Assembly (NCBI GenBank): GCA_963707985.1
Contig: CAVPRW010000010.1
Span: 160,001 to 224,000 of the forward strand
Direction: 5' to 3'
Origin: an uncultured Nitrospinota bacterium
GTDB lineage: Bacteria > Tectomicrobia > Entotheonellia > J063 > CAVPRW01
Length of the DNA: 64,000 nt
Position 1 is the first letter of the stretch. The number at the start of each line of letters is the position of its first letter. The notes below the pieces were generated by a model, which did no database searches, was not told the DNA's origin, and saw only the letters and a list, made by a program, of their open reading frames with translations. The position numbers and the translations under genes are program-made. Positions 43,963-54,950 of the stretch are shown here, piece after piece.

Positions 43963-45085
43963 CTACTTGAGTTCCTCACGCCGGCACTCGAATCGCGTGG
44001 TGTAACCGCTATCGCCAATGGTGTGGGTGGTGGCGGTCACAAAGTAGCGACCGTCGAAACGATCCCCCAGCCCTTCCAAAAAAATGACACTGCCAGCGCG
44101 TAAGTCTGGTAGCCCCACGACGTTCCCAGTGCCCTTCACCATGTCCTTGGCGATATTTTCCAAGGTCTGTTTGGCCAGGGTTTTAGCTTCCTTGCGGCTA
44201 TTGATCGGTTGATTAACGATCACTTCCTCGCGCTGGTTAAAGGCCGGGTCAATGTCCGCCTGGCGGCCTTTTGCGCCGACGCCCTTGGTGGAGAGTTCGC
44301 TGCGCTTGGACGGTGGCTTCGATCGGTTTTTTCTTCACAGCGTCCCAACCGCGCACTGTGACCTGACCGACCTGATTGGCAGTGGTCAGTGTGGGCTGAA
44401 AATCAATCAAGGACAGGCCGTACTTGATCTCGTACGTCACTTGACGCACCCGGTCCGAAGGGCCAAAATAGAGGCGGGCCTTGCTTGCCTTACCGTTTGC
44501 ACCCTCCTCTTGGACGAACAGATCGTAACCGTTGCGACGGGCGCGCTCCATCAGGAAGATGATGTCATACTGGTTATCCTGAAAGAGATTCTGTGGCTCC
44601 TCTGGCTCTACACTCTTCGTGTCAATGTTTACGCCGAGCCGGCCGGCGATCTCCGTGGCGATCGCGCCGTCGGTCTTCTGCATGTATGAACGTGACTCCT
44701 GCTTTTTTCGGAAGCTGTGCAGCAGGTTCAACCCACTGATCACGAGCGTTGACTGCCCGGCCGCAGGGAAGGTTGGCCGCAACGAGGTGATTTCTCCTGT
44801 CAGCATCAGCCGTTTACGGTCTTTCCCAAAGTACCCCATCCATAACTCGACTTTCTTACCAGGGTCGAATAGTTTGCTGTCGCTGTACTTAAAGTCGCGC
44901 CTCTTGGCATCCCAGTTATTGATGGTGATGTCGAAGCTGTCAATCTCCTTGATGTTATCCTTGTACGTCACTGTTGTGATGTCGTGGATCACATCACGGT
45001 GGAGCGGCTGCTCACCGACTTTGACGTCAAACGCCGGGACATAGAAATCCTGCCCTTGGTAGATCGGAATCGGCGCAGTACTCAT
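43963..45085 (-). CDS. Late control D (gpD/VgrG N-half) hub protein, frameshift near 44300
   Basis: QDNQYDIIFLMERARRNG; VTVRGWD; GLPDLRAG..LGDRFDGRYFV..H..GYTTRF. Confidence 0.88.
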
Positions 45086-45819
45086 CTCGGTTCCTCGGGT
45101 AATGATCCAGCCATTGCCGCCTGACTTAACCCGTCCAACGGCGGGATGACTAAAACCGTGCCCGGCGTCAACTGGCGCAGGTGGGCGAGGCCCGGATTGG
45201 CGTCGGCGATGGGCCGCCACGCACCCGCGTCGCGGTATTCCGCAGCGGCAATCCGGCTGAGTGTGTCACCACGTTGGACCACGCGGCGCTTGGTGTGATC
45301 GCTCGACCCGAACTTCAGCTCAGCGATCTGGTCCTCCAGCGTCTTGTACTCGCGGAATGACATGGTCAGTGTGGCGCGCAATGGAATGCCATCCGGGTTG
45401 AACAAGGTGAACTTTTGCTGCACGCTCTCGACGATGGCCTTGAATTTTAGCTCCTTACTCCAGGTGAACTGGATGCGTGGTGGGGCGTGGGTCGTGGGCT
45501 GAATCTTGACCAGTTGGTAGAACGGCCCGGTGAGTGTTGTCACGTCCTGTGCTCCCGCCCCCAGTTGGCCAGCCAACTCTTCGCCACTGTTGCCTGCGGT
45601 CGTGTCAAAAAATAGGTCAAGGGTCAACTTCTCGTTTTGCCCACGGACGAATTGCAAGATGGGCGAGTCGATACCATAGATGCCAATCTCAGCGATCTGC
45701 GCCCCTTTGTTGAGCGTGTATTCAGTTGGATTGAATTGAACTGTGAGGATCTTGGGCAGCCTTGGCGGATCGACCGCGTCGGGGTCAAGCACCTCAATGA
45801 TGGCTTTTGTCGGCACCAT
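45082..45819 (-). CDS. Tube initiator with LysM domain (Afp7-like)
   Basis: VQFNPTEY, LFFDT, F..DGIPLRA, VQRGDTLSRIA..WRPIADAN. Confidence 0.9.
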   Translation of the reverse strand: MVPTKAIIEVLDPDAVDPPRLPKILTVQFNPTEYTLNKGAQIAEIGIYGIDSPILQFVRGQNEKLTLDLFFDTTAGNSGEELAGQLGAGAQDVTTLTGPFYQLVKIQPTTHAPPRIQFTWSKELKFKAIVESVQQKFTLFNPDGIPLRATLTMSFREYKTLEDQIAELKFGSSDHTKRRVVQRGDTLSRIAAAEYRDAGAWRPIADANPGLAHLRQLTPGTVLVIPPLDGLSQAAMAGSLPEEPR

Positions 45820-45841
45820 ACGTCACCTTATGCGGTCTTGA

Positions 45842-46027
45842 CTAAACCAGGGGCGCGGCCTGTGGCCGTACAGTCGTGGCTTCACGCGCGCCGTCGCTCT
45901 CCCGCTGTTGTTGTTCAACGCGACGTAGGATGATCTGTACCAGCTTTTCCACCTGGATTTCGCTCAGCGGCAACTCGCCATCGACGATCCCCACGCGGCT
46001 TGTCATGTCTTCCACATGCACGGGCAT
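45842..46027 (-). CDS. Small eCIS protein in the Afp6 position
   Basis: 61 aa MPVHVEDM..; AGGAG RBS; lies between tube and LysM genes. Confidence 0.6.
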   Translation of the reverse strand: MPVHVEDMTSRVGIVDGELPLSEIQVEKLVQIILRRVEQQQRESDGAREATTVRPQAAPLV

Positions 46028-46043
46028 GGCTCTCCTCCCCGTT

Positions 46044-46484
46044 CTACTTGAGACGTTCCAGTCCTTGATGGCACAACTCGAGGGTCTCAACGGCGACATT
46101 GTTCTGCGTGGCATGTAAGTCTGGCCCGATCCACTTGGCCGGGAAGGCGCGTTTAAGGAGCCATGCCATCACCTCCTGTCCGCCGGACGGGTCGCGCACC
46201 ACAATCGAGCCATGGCGATAGGTCACCTTTCCCTGCGTCAGATCGTAGTACCACTCCCAAATTGTGCGGTCGACAATCCCACGTTTCAGGGTGATATTGG
46301 TCTGTTTGATCCGCCCCGGGAACTTGCGGACGTAGCTATTCAACCCGCCCTCTGGGTAATCCTGCACCTCGGTCTCGAGTTGCAACCCGGTGCACTCGCT
46401 AAAGCCCGCCACCGGCAGGTTGTCCAGCTTGATCTCAAACCGAAAGGCGAAAAATGGGTCCTGGCGATCACTTGTGTTGGCCAT
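46044..46484 (-). CDS. Tail tube protein (T4 gp19 family) 2
   Basis: AGFSECTGL, EGGLN..KFPG..NITLKRG, AVETLEL. Confidence 0.95.
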   Translation of the reverse strand: MANTSDRQDPFFAFRFEIKLDNLPVAGFSECTGLQLETEVQDYPEGGLNSYVRKFPGRIKQTNITLKRGIVDRTIWEWYYDLTQGKVTYRHGSIVVRDPSGGQEVMAWLLKRAFPAKWIGPDLHATQNNVAVETLELCHQGLERLK

Positions 46485-46488
46485 GACT

Positions 46489-48932
46489 TCACACCCCTCC
46501 CGGCATACCCGTCTCGGAAGTTTCGATGATTTGTGTTCCACTCTCGGTCTTGCCAATCCGTACAACCACGAACTCTGCGGGCCAGGGTGGTTGAACGCCG
46601 ATGCGGCAGATGAGTCGGCCTACTTCCGCCTGATCGGGCGGGTTGGTGGTTGTATCACAGGTGACGGAGTACGCATCGGCAGCGGTCGGGCCATCGAGCA
46701 TACCTCGGTGCCATAGACCGTCCAGAAAGCTTCGCACCACACGGTCCACCTCGCGCCATACATCCGGATTGCTCGGCTCGAAGACGAGCCACTGGGTTTG
46801 CTGGTCGATGGCTTCCTCGATCATGATCAGCAGCCGGCGCACATTGACATAGCGCCAGTCGGGATCACTGCTCAGCGTGCGCGCACCGGCGAGGCGCAGT
46901 CCACGACCACGGTAGGCTCGGATCACGTTCACCGACCGGTCATTTAGGTCTCCATGAAGGAGATCTTCGATCTGTGTCGAAACATCCTGCGCATAGAACA
47001 ACTCTTCGTTGGCTGGCGGCTTGTGCACTCCCACCTGGCGATCTACACGGGCATATATACCAGCAACATGGCCGCAAGGGGGCACATCACGTAACAGCCG
47101 ATCTGGGCCGAGGGCATCCGGCACGCGCAGCCCAGGGGTAGTATAGCGCCGCATACTTGGTGTCGAAGCGATTGCGCCATTCGATAACCTTGGTGAGTAA
47201 TACGTCCTGCCCGTCGAAGCGCGGTGCATCCAGGACAGCGACGCGGTCCTTGAGGCGTTCGCACTGTCCTACCATGGCATTCTGCAACGCGGCAGATCTG
47301 GATCTCCGTGAAGGCAGGAGCGAATTCAGGTATTCTGACAGACGCCAGGGAGGGAAGCGTTTGACCATCCACCACATCGCAGCGAACAGGCGCTTTCTTG
47401 ATGCGCAGAGGACGGAACGTCTTCGGCATGATGTCTGGGATTGCCAGGATGCTCAGCTCGGACTTGTCCTCCAGTGTCGCCAGCCCGTGCGTGAAATGCT
47501 CCGTGCCGAGGCCGCCACTTGTGTTCGTGCTGACTGCAACAGGTGTGCTGTCGGGAAAGCCGGCATCCGAGTGCAAATCGCGGGCAGTTATCAACTGTGA
47601 ACCGGCCTGCGGATCGTTGAGCACTGCCTCAACATAGGCGGGATTGGGCTCCCGCTTGCCTTCATCGAACCAACGCTGCATGGACAGGCGGGGCCAGATC
47701 TCCTGGGTCTGATCCGGCGCCTGCAGCGCTAACGAAAAGTATCCTTCATCCACACGGGCGACAGTCACCTGAATGTTTTGGCCGTCGTTCCAACGGCCGG
47801 CGACGATCAGACATAGCGTCGCCTGGCCCTCATAGTCCAGGAGATCCAGGCTTGGGGCCAGGCCATCCCGTCCGCCCGTGAGCCGGGCGGTTCCGGCAAT
47901 CAAGTTCGACGCATGGGAGCCAGGTGTATTCCGCGGGAAACGCAGTTGCGCGGGTAGATGTTCGATGGCCACCAGGCGTGAACCAGTCTCAAGGTCATTC
48001 AGAAGCGCCCTGACGTAGCGAGGCTCCGGTCTCAGCCGGCCCTGGCCCTTCGGCAGGTGGAGTACCCTTGGATCGGGCGTAGCCTGCGGAAACAGAGCTG
48101 ACGAGCTCAGATCACGTGCGACAATCAGCCTAGAGCCTGTCTCTGGATTGTTGAGTATGCGTTCGACATACGAGGGGTCAGAGCGAAGCATGGTCAAGTC
48201 GGACCAGGTCTCGCTCCTACCATCGGACACCAGGAGGCTTAGCGAGAAGACGCCGCCACCATTGGATGTCACGGATACGGTGATGTCCAGTTGCCACAGA
48301 TCAGGCCGGTCGGCTATCAGGCGCAACGCGGGTTGGTCGGCATCATCTAGTAAATCGAGGCTGGCCAGCGCCATCGTCAGGTCGTGCCATACTTCCTGTC
48401 CACCATCGGGGAGACGCAGCGTCAGTGCGAAGCGCTCGGGGTTAGGGCGATCCACAGTGACAGCAATGTTCTGTCCCCACACGCCGGGACTAGTCCGCCA
48501 ACTCGGTGGTGGTCGGCGCCTCACGGCTGCCTGTGTCGCCGTTACGTCACCTGTTGCCGGGCGCCACACGACCGAGCAGGCAGCGGTCAGACGTAGCACC
48601 GATGCTTCGCTGTCACCGGGGCGCTCAGCGCCAGCCCTCAAATCAAGCGAGGCTGCCGCGGCGAGGTCCGGATCGGCCACGCGTACGACCCAGCAAGTCT
48701 GGCCTCCGTTAGCGAAGAAGCCTTCCACAGCGTAGGCCAGGTAACCCTCTGGAATAAAGCGTCCAAAGATGCTGGCGAACTGTGTGTAGCTCTCTACCCT
48801 CACAGCGTGATGCAGCGGCCCGCGCTCGGCGATCCCGACAAAGCCAGCGATATCCGTGCGTAGCGGCAAGATGGAAGGTGACTGACTATCTAGCCACTCG
48901 AAATGGACTCCAGGCGTGCGGTAGGCAAACAT
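46489..48932 (-). CDS. Tail sheath protein 2, large, two frameshifts near 47130 and 47300
   Basis: YRTPGV..FVGIAERGP; PCGHVAGIYARVD..GVHKPPANE; WRYVNVRRL..VFEP. Confidence 0.9.
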
Positions 48933-48956
48933 AGAATTAGCCAGCTCCTGGCAAAC

Positions 48957-49397
48957 TTACGCCGTTTCCATCTCGACGCGCTCACAGACGATCTCGAGCG
49001 TCTCAATCGCCGCTTCGTTGGTTTTCGCGTTGAAGGTCGGGCCATCCAACTTGCGCGGCCATGCCTCACGAAAATTCCAGCGCACTGATGCCTGCCGCGC
49101 CTCATTCAACAGCGTGATGGAGCCAGAGTGCCGTTCCGTCTGGCCGTCCAACACCTTTTTACGCCAGTCCCACAGCCCCTTGTCTTTGGTGAAGCCACGC
49201 TTGAGCGTGATGTTGCCGAACTTCTTCAGACCAGGCAGCTTGCGGACCGTAATATCCTCATTGCCGTTGCGGTACTCGATGGGATCGGTCTCCATGGTAA
49301 TACCGCTGCATTCAGAGAAACCAGCCCTGGTTACCCCGTCAATTTCCACCAAAAAATTAAACGTGCCAAAGGGATCGTCGCGTTCACCAGTAGCCAT
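48957..49397 (-). CDS. Tail tube protein (T4 gp19 family) 1
   Basis: FNFLVEIDG..FSECSG..IEYRNG..KLPGL..ITLKRG. Confidence 0.96.
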   Translation of the reverse strand: MATGERDDPFGTFNFLVEIDGVTRAGFSECSGITMETDPIEYRNGNEDITVRKLPGLKKFGNITLKRGFTKDKGLWDWRKKVLDGQTERHSGSITLLNEARQASVRWNFREAWPRKLDGPTFNAKTNEAAIETLEIVCERVEMETA

Positions 49398-49415
49398 ATC
49401 TGTTCTCCTCGAATG

Positions 49416-51013
49416 TTATGCTGGCGCATCAGCAGTTTTTTGGCTGATGCGAAAGATGACAAATTCAGCTGGTTTGACCGGTGCAATGCCGATATAGCAC
49501 ACCAAACGCCCGTTATCGATGTCGTCCTGGGTCATGGTTGTGCGATCGCACTTGACGAAAAAGGCTTCGTCCTGGGTCAAACCCATTAATGCGCCGCTCT
49601 TCCACACGCGGGTCAGGAAATTGACAATGCTGCGGCGTACTTGGGCCCACAGCGGCTCGTCGTTTGGCTCAAAAACCACCCACTGGGTGCCCTGTTCAAT
49701 CGATTCCTCGACAAAAATGAACAGCCGGCGGACGTTGATGTACTTCCACTCTGGATCACTTGTCATGGTACGCGCACCCCATAATCGGATGCCGCGTCCG
49801 TCGCTGCGGAAGTCGCGGATGCAGTTGACCCCACGCGGATTCAGAATATCCTGGCGGCCTTTAGTAATGGGGAACTCCAGATTGGTCGCGTCGCGCACCA
49901 CCTCATTGGCGGGTGCCTTGTGGACGCCGCGCTCGATGTCGGTACGTGCGATGAGACCTGTGATATGACCGGTCGGTGGGATGCGGATTGCGCCCCGGGA
50001 CAGAGGGTCATAGACCTCGATCCACGGCTAGTAGAAGGCCGCGTATGTGGTATCTGTGCGGCGGGCGGACATCGTCGTTGTTTTGACCACGCCGCACCGA
50101 GACAACAGCAAAGCGATCCTTCAGGTGCTCACACTGTTGATGACCGCGCTGGGTTACAGGACTCATGATCAGCGCTGGGTGAATCGCACCTCGTCCGGGA
50201 TGGCCAGAAGCGCGACCTCGTCGATGGCTTCGATCGCCGCCAACCCCCGGCCTTGACCAAGCAACTCAGTCGACCTTGGGCTGCTTGCATCGATGGGGTT
50301 CAGGTTGCCAGTGAAGGTGTCGGCTGTGATGGGATCGCCGTCAGCCGCATTGTCATCGAGTTGCGCAAAAGCGGGGGCAGCCGGCACAGGTATGGGCGCC
50401 GGGCCGTTGTTGTTAAACCAGGTGCGCACTAAACGCGACCCGGAATTGACCATGGCCTCGACATTGTTACTAGCGCCGACAGTGTGGACTAGGTTATCGA
50501 AGATCTCAACCACATCCGGCTCGACACGGTTTGGATCGGTGGCATTCGCTGGGTCGAGCGGGTCGACGAAGTTTGCCATGTCGGGCAAAGTCCGGTAGTA
50601 CAACAGTGCTAGCCTGAACCACTCAGGATTGTTTTGGCGCTGGCTCGCAGCGTCGATGCGGATCAAGATGTTGTTCCCCCAGGCCCCGGGTCCAATCGCG
50701 CTGATTACTAGACGAGTATCGACAATCTGCGTCGCCACTGTCGCATTATTACTGAGGATACGCCCGATGAAGAGACGCTGCCCACCGTTGTCAAAGAAAC
50801 CCTGAACGGCGTATGGCAGATAAGACTGGGTGAGAGGGAGATAGCCGCCGTACCAGCGTTGGAATCCAGCCAACTGGTCACCATGCGTGGTGGTATCGGT
50901 CCCTTCTCCGTCCTACCGAGAAAGGCGGCGGTACTGGTACTAACCCCCTCAATCGGTTTGGGTCCGGTGCTGAGCTCCTCGATATAGACACCGGGGGCAA
51001 GATATTCGGGCAT
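49416..51013 (-). CDS. Tail sheath protein 1, frameshifts near 50870 and 50080-50180
   Basis: MPEYLAPGVYIEE; GFFDNGG; GVHKAPANE; WGART..WKYINVRRLF; APVKPAEFVIFRI. Confidence 0.93.
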
Positions 51014-51052
51014 TGCGTGTCTCCTATGTCGACTATGACGTTCGATTGCACA

Positions 51053-52042
51053 TTACGAAAAGTGAAAGGTTGGTACCATGAGGGTCGCCCGTGGTCTCAC
51101 CTGGAGCGGTTGCGAGACCAGGCGAGCCTGATTGTCAGGCAATATCGCCGTCACCGTTACCGTTTCCTCCGCTTGCAGGAGATCAAAATAATAGGTCCAA
51201 CTGCCATCCTTGCCTGTGCTCGTGCTACCCAGCGGGCCAGCCGCCGCGGATACGTTGATCGTAGCGCCGAGCACGCCCATACCGGCGCGCTGCACCCAGC
51301 CCCGTAGCGCTGTCTCGAACAGGCTGGTCTCGCGTCCGTGAACGACGCACACGTCGGGAACGTCCACCGTCCTACCGCCGGGCATTGTTACCCGTACCAC
51401 GACCATACCCGTGGGCTGATCGTCAGGGAACCAAAGCACCCACTGGCCGGTCGCGTCGGTGCGGTAGACATTGGATTGACCAACGACCTGGACTGTAGCC
51501 CCAGCCAGACCTTCGCCGTTGGATAAATGCACACCGCCGCGTAGCAACGTCGAGCCGCGTCCGCCTCGCATGGTGCTCCCACCGCACGTCGCCTGCACAC
51601 CTTCGAGCCGAAGAGGGTCTGTGTTCGGAAAGGGGTAGGCATAATTTGGCTCCAGGTCAAAGTGGTAGGGCGCACTGGAGGCCGGATCGTTGGGGTTCTG
51701 CATGGGCACAACGATATCGGCACGTTCGATCGTCTGGTAGAAAAGACTTTGCACTCGGACAATATATGTTCCATCCGCCAGGGTAAGGCGGCGATCGGCG
51801 CCAGTGCTCTGCTTCACTGCGCCAAAGAACAGGTGATAGCCACTTGGATTACGCACGATGGTCATCGGTAACGGTCGGTCAAATTCCTGCCGATTGCCGC
51901 CTACGATCTGACCGACCAGCCAGAATGTGACTGGCTCAATGGGGCGTGGATGCAAGCCGCGCACGCCCCGCTCGCGGGCATAACGGTCTTCCAGATCAAA
52001 GAGCATGGTAGGCATGAGTACACGCCGTTGCATCACGTGCAT
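51053..52042 (-). CDS. Hypothetical eCIS protein with carboxypeptidase-regulatory (prealbumin)-like repeats
   Basis: Two GAT(V/I)xV...T...G.W units; lies between cap and sheath. Confidence 0.6.
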   Translation of the reverse strand: MHVMQRRVLMPTMLFDLEDRYARERGVRGLHPRPIEPVTFWLVGQIVGGNRQEFDRPLPMTIVRNPSGYHLFFGAVKQSTGADRRLTLADGTYIVRVQSLFYQTIERADIVVPMQNPNDPASSAPYHFDLEPNYAYPFPNTDPLRLEGVQATCGGSTMRGGRGSTLLRGGVHLSNGEGLAGATVQVVGQSNVYRTDATGQWVLWFPDDQPTGMVVVRVTMPGGRTVDVPDVCVVHGRETSLFETALRGWVQRAGMGVLGATINVSAAAGPLGSTSTGKDGSWTYYFDLLQAEETVTVTAILPDNQARLVSQPLQVRPRATLMVPTFHFS

Positions 52043-52644
52043 TATGCGATCTCCTCGCTGGGTGCGGCCGGCACGTCACCGTAGGCACTATGGGACTCGA
52101 CAACACGGGCATTTTGGGGTACACGGCGTGAGTCGATGCGGGTGACGCGCACCTGGTAGCAGACTGACAAGCGATATGGTTCTCGCAGAGCCTCCCAGAT
52201 ACGGGTCAGTTCTTCAAGCGATAGCCGGCACAGGATAATCCGCACTTCTTCGTTGACACCGTCGTCTGGATTGCGAATGACTACGATGGCATTGTCATAC
52301 ATGGCTTGCATAGTACTACCCAGCAGAAGAAGATCGAACTCACCGGACGGGGCCAACGGTGTAATCAGATAGAACAGATTCAGAGCTAGCGGTGTTTCCT
52401 GCGTTGAGGTATGCCCATTGCCTCGTGTCACGGGTTGGTTCTTAAGGAATTCGTTCTCGGTGACCTGATAGAGCCACAGGGATAGCCGGTTGGCCGAGTC
52501 ACGAATTGCCTCGGTAGGATTGGCGAACACGATCGTGGCCTCGCTTGGGACAATTGGACCGATGACAGGATCGGTCGAAAAAGCCTCCCACAGAAACCCC
52601 CGCAAGGTAAGGCTGACGTCGCGCAAAACCAAGTAACTACTCAT
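52042..52644 (-). CDS. DUF4255 cap protein (Afp16/Pvc16-like)
   Basis: LSLWLYQVTEN..N, LNLFYLIT, LSLEELTRIWEAL..PYRLSVCY. Confidence 0.92.
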   Translation of the reverse strand: MSSYLVLRDVSLTLRGFLWEAFSTDPVIGPIVPSEATIVFANPTEAIRDSANRLSLWLYQVTENEFLKNQPVTRGNGHTSTQETPLALNLFYLITPLAPSGEFDLLLLGSTMQAMYDNAIVVIRNPDDGVNEEVRIILCRLSLEELTRIWEALREPYRLSVCYQVRVTRIDSRRVPQNARVVESHSAYGDVPAAPSEEIA

Positions 52645-52884
52645 CGCTGCTCCATCCTGCTTGAGCTATCCGACGACTCACCACGGCCTATGAGCACTCT
52701 CCTGCCGCACTAAAACCTGCCCACACTTAGATGTCGCTTATGCGCTTCAGGATTTCTTTGCGACGATTCCTTTTGAGAGACTTCAACTCCTTCTCTCGGA
52801 GGTTTAATTTCTTTTATCTTATCTTCTGTATCTTTATCTTTTGAAGATTTTTTAAACTGTTATAGAGTCGTTTTTTTCCTTTAC

Positions 52885-53115
52885 TCACCAGCTAAGGGAA
52901 ATCCACTCTACCGAAACGATGATAAGTTCCTCGATCCCTTCTACCTCGACCACTACGAAGGCGTCGTTTTGCAGCCCGCTATCGGAGACATCAATGACCT
53001 TACCAGTCAACAGATCATTGCCGTGCAGGGCCGTGAGAACCGCTGCGGGATCGGGATGGTAGATATCGCTGATCTTAAAATGGACCCATCGGTCTCGCCA
53101 ATCCATCAGCCTCAT
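52885..53115 (-). CDS. Small hypothetical protein, first gene after the sigma54 promoter
   Basis: 76 aa, beta-rich, natural composition. Confidence 0.55.
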   Translation of the reverse strand: MRLMDWRDRWVHFKISDIYHPDPAAVLTALHGNDLLTGKVIDVSDSGLQNDAFVVVEVEGIEELIIVSVEWISLSW

Positions 53116-53162
53116 CCTGCATTGCCTTCGGGGGTTGATTGCTGCGTATGGTCAAAGACTTC

Positions 53163-53177
53163 GCAAGAGGCGTGCCC
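53163..53177 (-). promoter_or_regulatory. Sigma54 -24/-12 promoter for the eCIS operon
   Basis: Minus strand GGGCACG-CCTC-TTGC versus consensus TGGCACG-N4-TTGC, with exact GG-N10-GC spacing. Confidence 0.75.
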
Positions 53178-53381
53178 CCGCAGTGACGACCAATCGCTTA
53201 CACCAAAGTGCCTGATTACAAAGGATTCACTCCCTGTATGCAGCAGGCAGTAGCGCGTGCAAGTCGCCGTCATCGGAAAGAGGTTTCCGATGGCACACCG
53301 GCGTCTGCCGGAAGACATTTTCCGCATGAGGAACACAGCGCACTGGGGCGCCGATATATTGCAAGTTCGGAGAGGTCGTTC

Positions 53382-54950
53382 CTAATGACGCAATTGGTAT
53401 TTATGGATTTTGTTGTAGATGCTCCGTGGGGTGATCCCGAGAAGGTGGGCCGTTTGTGATTGATTGCCCTGGGTTTTGTGCAGAGCTGCTTCAAGCAGTA
53501 GCCGTTCGAAATATTCGAGCGAGCGTGAAAGATTCCAGCCGTTCATGTTTAAAAGATTGACAAGAGAGGAGATGAGGTTCTCGCGCGGGATGCCCACCGT
53601 GGAGTCCTTCGGGGCTTCCCCTGCGTCTGCAGGCCCTGCCGATGGCTCAGGATATTTCCTCTGGTCTGCCAACTGCTGCCAGATCTCCAAAGGGAGATCC
53701 CTCAAATTCAAGGGAGTCTCGTCATCTTTGTTGACCAGCACCCACCGCACCATGTTCTCCAATTGCCTAGTGTTCCCCGGCCATTGGAGTTGTGTGAGCG
53801 CATCCATAAACTCAGGGTCCATAGCGAGCGAGCTGGCCGGCTTTAAATTTTGATACTTCTCCAAAAAGTGCTCGGTCAGAGGCTTAAGGTCGGCGGGTCG
53901 CTCGCGTAACGGTGGGATGTGGATGACCAAGACATTGAGACGGTGAAAGAGGTCAGCGCGAAACGTTCGATGCTGCACCATGGCATCTAGGTCTCGATTG
54001 GTGGCCGCAACGATACGCACACTGATAGGAACCTCCTGGTCCTCCCCGATACCCAGCACGCGGTTTTCCTGCAGCACGCGTAATAGCTTGGCCTGGATGG
54101 CATCGTTAAGCTCGCCGATCTCATCCAGGAACAGTATGCCGCCTTCAGCAGCACGAATCAGGCCTTTCCGATCTCGGTCCGCGCCGGTGAATGCGCCGCG
54201 CCGATGGCCAAACAGTTCACTCTCCGCCAGACCTGGACTGAGCGCACTACAGTTCAGTGCGATAAAAGGACCGTGGCAGCGTTTACGATCTAACTGGTGG
54301 ACGGCATGAGCCAGAAGCTCCTTTCCCGTTCCCGTCTCTCCCATAATCAATACGGGCACGTCACTTAACGGGCTGACTCGAAGAACCCTTCGGAAGACAG
54401 CCATGATCACCTGGCTTTCGCCCACACTCCCCAGTCGCCTCATGCTCTGTTTGATCCTATTCTCTTCCTCCCGTCTACCGCTCTCTGCCTGAAGGAGCTG
54501 CCCCAACAGACAACACAATTCCTGGGAAAACTCCACCTTGGCGCTGTCGAGCAACCACGATGAACCCGCCAGCAAAATCTGGCATCGTATGCTCAGCGGC
54601 CAGAACTGCACACCTTCGTCGTGACAGATCACTCTGAACCCTTGCCGTTTCAGGCTGCGGATGGTCTCCAAATTGAGGGGACCAAGGGAGGGAGAGGCTC
54701 CGAGAGCAATGATAGCAAGGTTACAGTCACAGGCAAGCACACATTGCGGGATGGTTGAAACGTCCTTGATCCAACGAGCCCGGGCGCCGCATTCTGAGAT
54801 GATGCGGCTGATGACTTGAGAACGTTCGGGTCGATGGTCCCAGATCAGGACGGTCAATGACGAATTCGGGGCTTGTGGTGTGGTCAACTCTGGTTCAGGC
54901 GGGACGGCAGTGCCCGAATCTGTGCAGGCATGAGGTTCGTTTCCGTCCAT
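53382..54950 (-). CDS. Sigma54-dependent enhancer-binding activator with degenerate receiver domain and Fis HTH (start 54950 or 55013)
   Basis: GETGTGKE, ESELFGH..GAFTGA, FLDEIG, WPGNTRQLEN, GNQSQTAHLLGI. Confidence 0.93.
   Translation of the reverse strand: MDGNEPHACTDSGTAVPPEPELTTPQAPNSSLTVLIWDHRPERSQVISRIISECGARARWIKDVSTIPQCVLACDCNLAIIALGASPSLGPLNLETIRSLKRQGFRVICHDEGVQFWPLSIRCQILLAGSSWLLDSAKVEFSQELCCLLGQLLQAESGRREEENRIKQSMRRLGSVGESQVIMAVFRRVLRVSPLSDVPVLIMGETGTGKELLAHAVHQLDRKRCHGPFIALNCSALSPGLAESELFGHRRGAFTGADRDRKGLIRAAEGGILFLDEIGELNDAIQAKLLRVLQENRVLGIGEDQEVPISVRIVAATNRDLDAMVQHRTFRADLFHRLNVLVIHIPPLRERPADLKPLTEHFLEKYQNLKPASSLAMDPEFMDALTQLQWPGNTRQLENMVRWVLVNKDDETPLNLRDLPLEIWQQLADQRKYPEPSAGPADAGEAPKDSTVGIPRENLISSLVNLLNMNGWNLSRSLEYFERLLLEAALHKTQGNQSQTAHLLGITPRSIYNKIHKYQLRH

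Noticed and set aside
38191..52644. Prophage or T6SS interpretation of the tail genes
   Set aside because: No capsid, portal, terminase, lysis, TssJLM or ClpV genes; DUF4255, Afp15-type ATPase and DUF4157 indicate eCIS
52690..52884. AT-rich purine-skewed stretch (AAGATA-like repeats) as a peptide gene or array
   Set aside because: No start-to-stop ORF with RBS; repeats are irregular; more likely UTR
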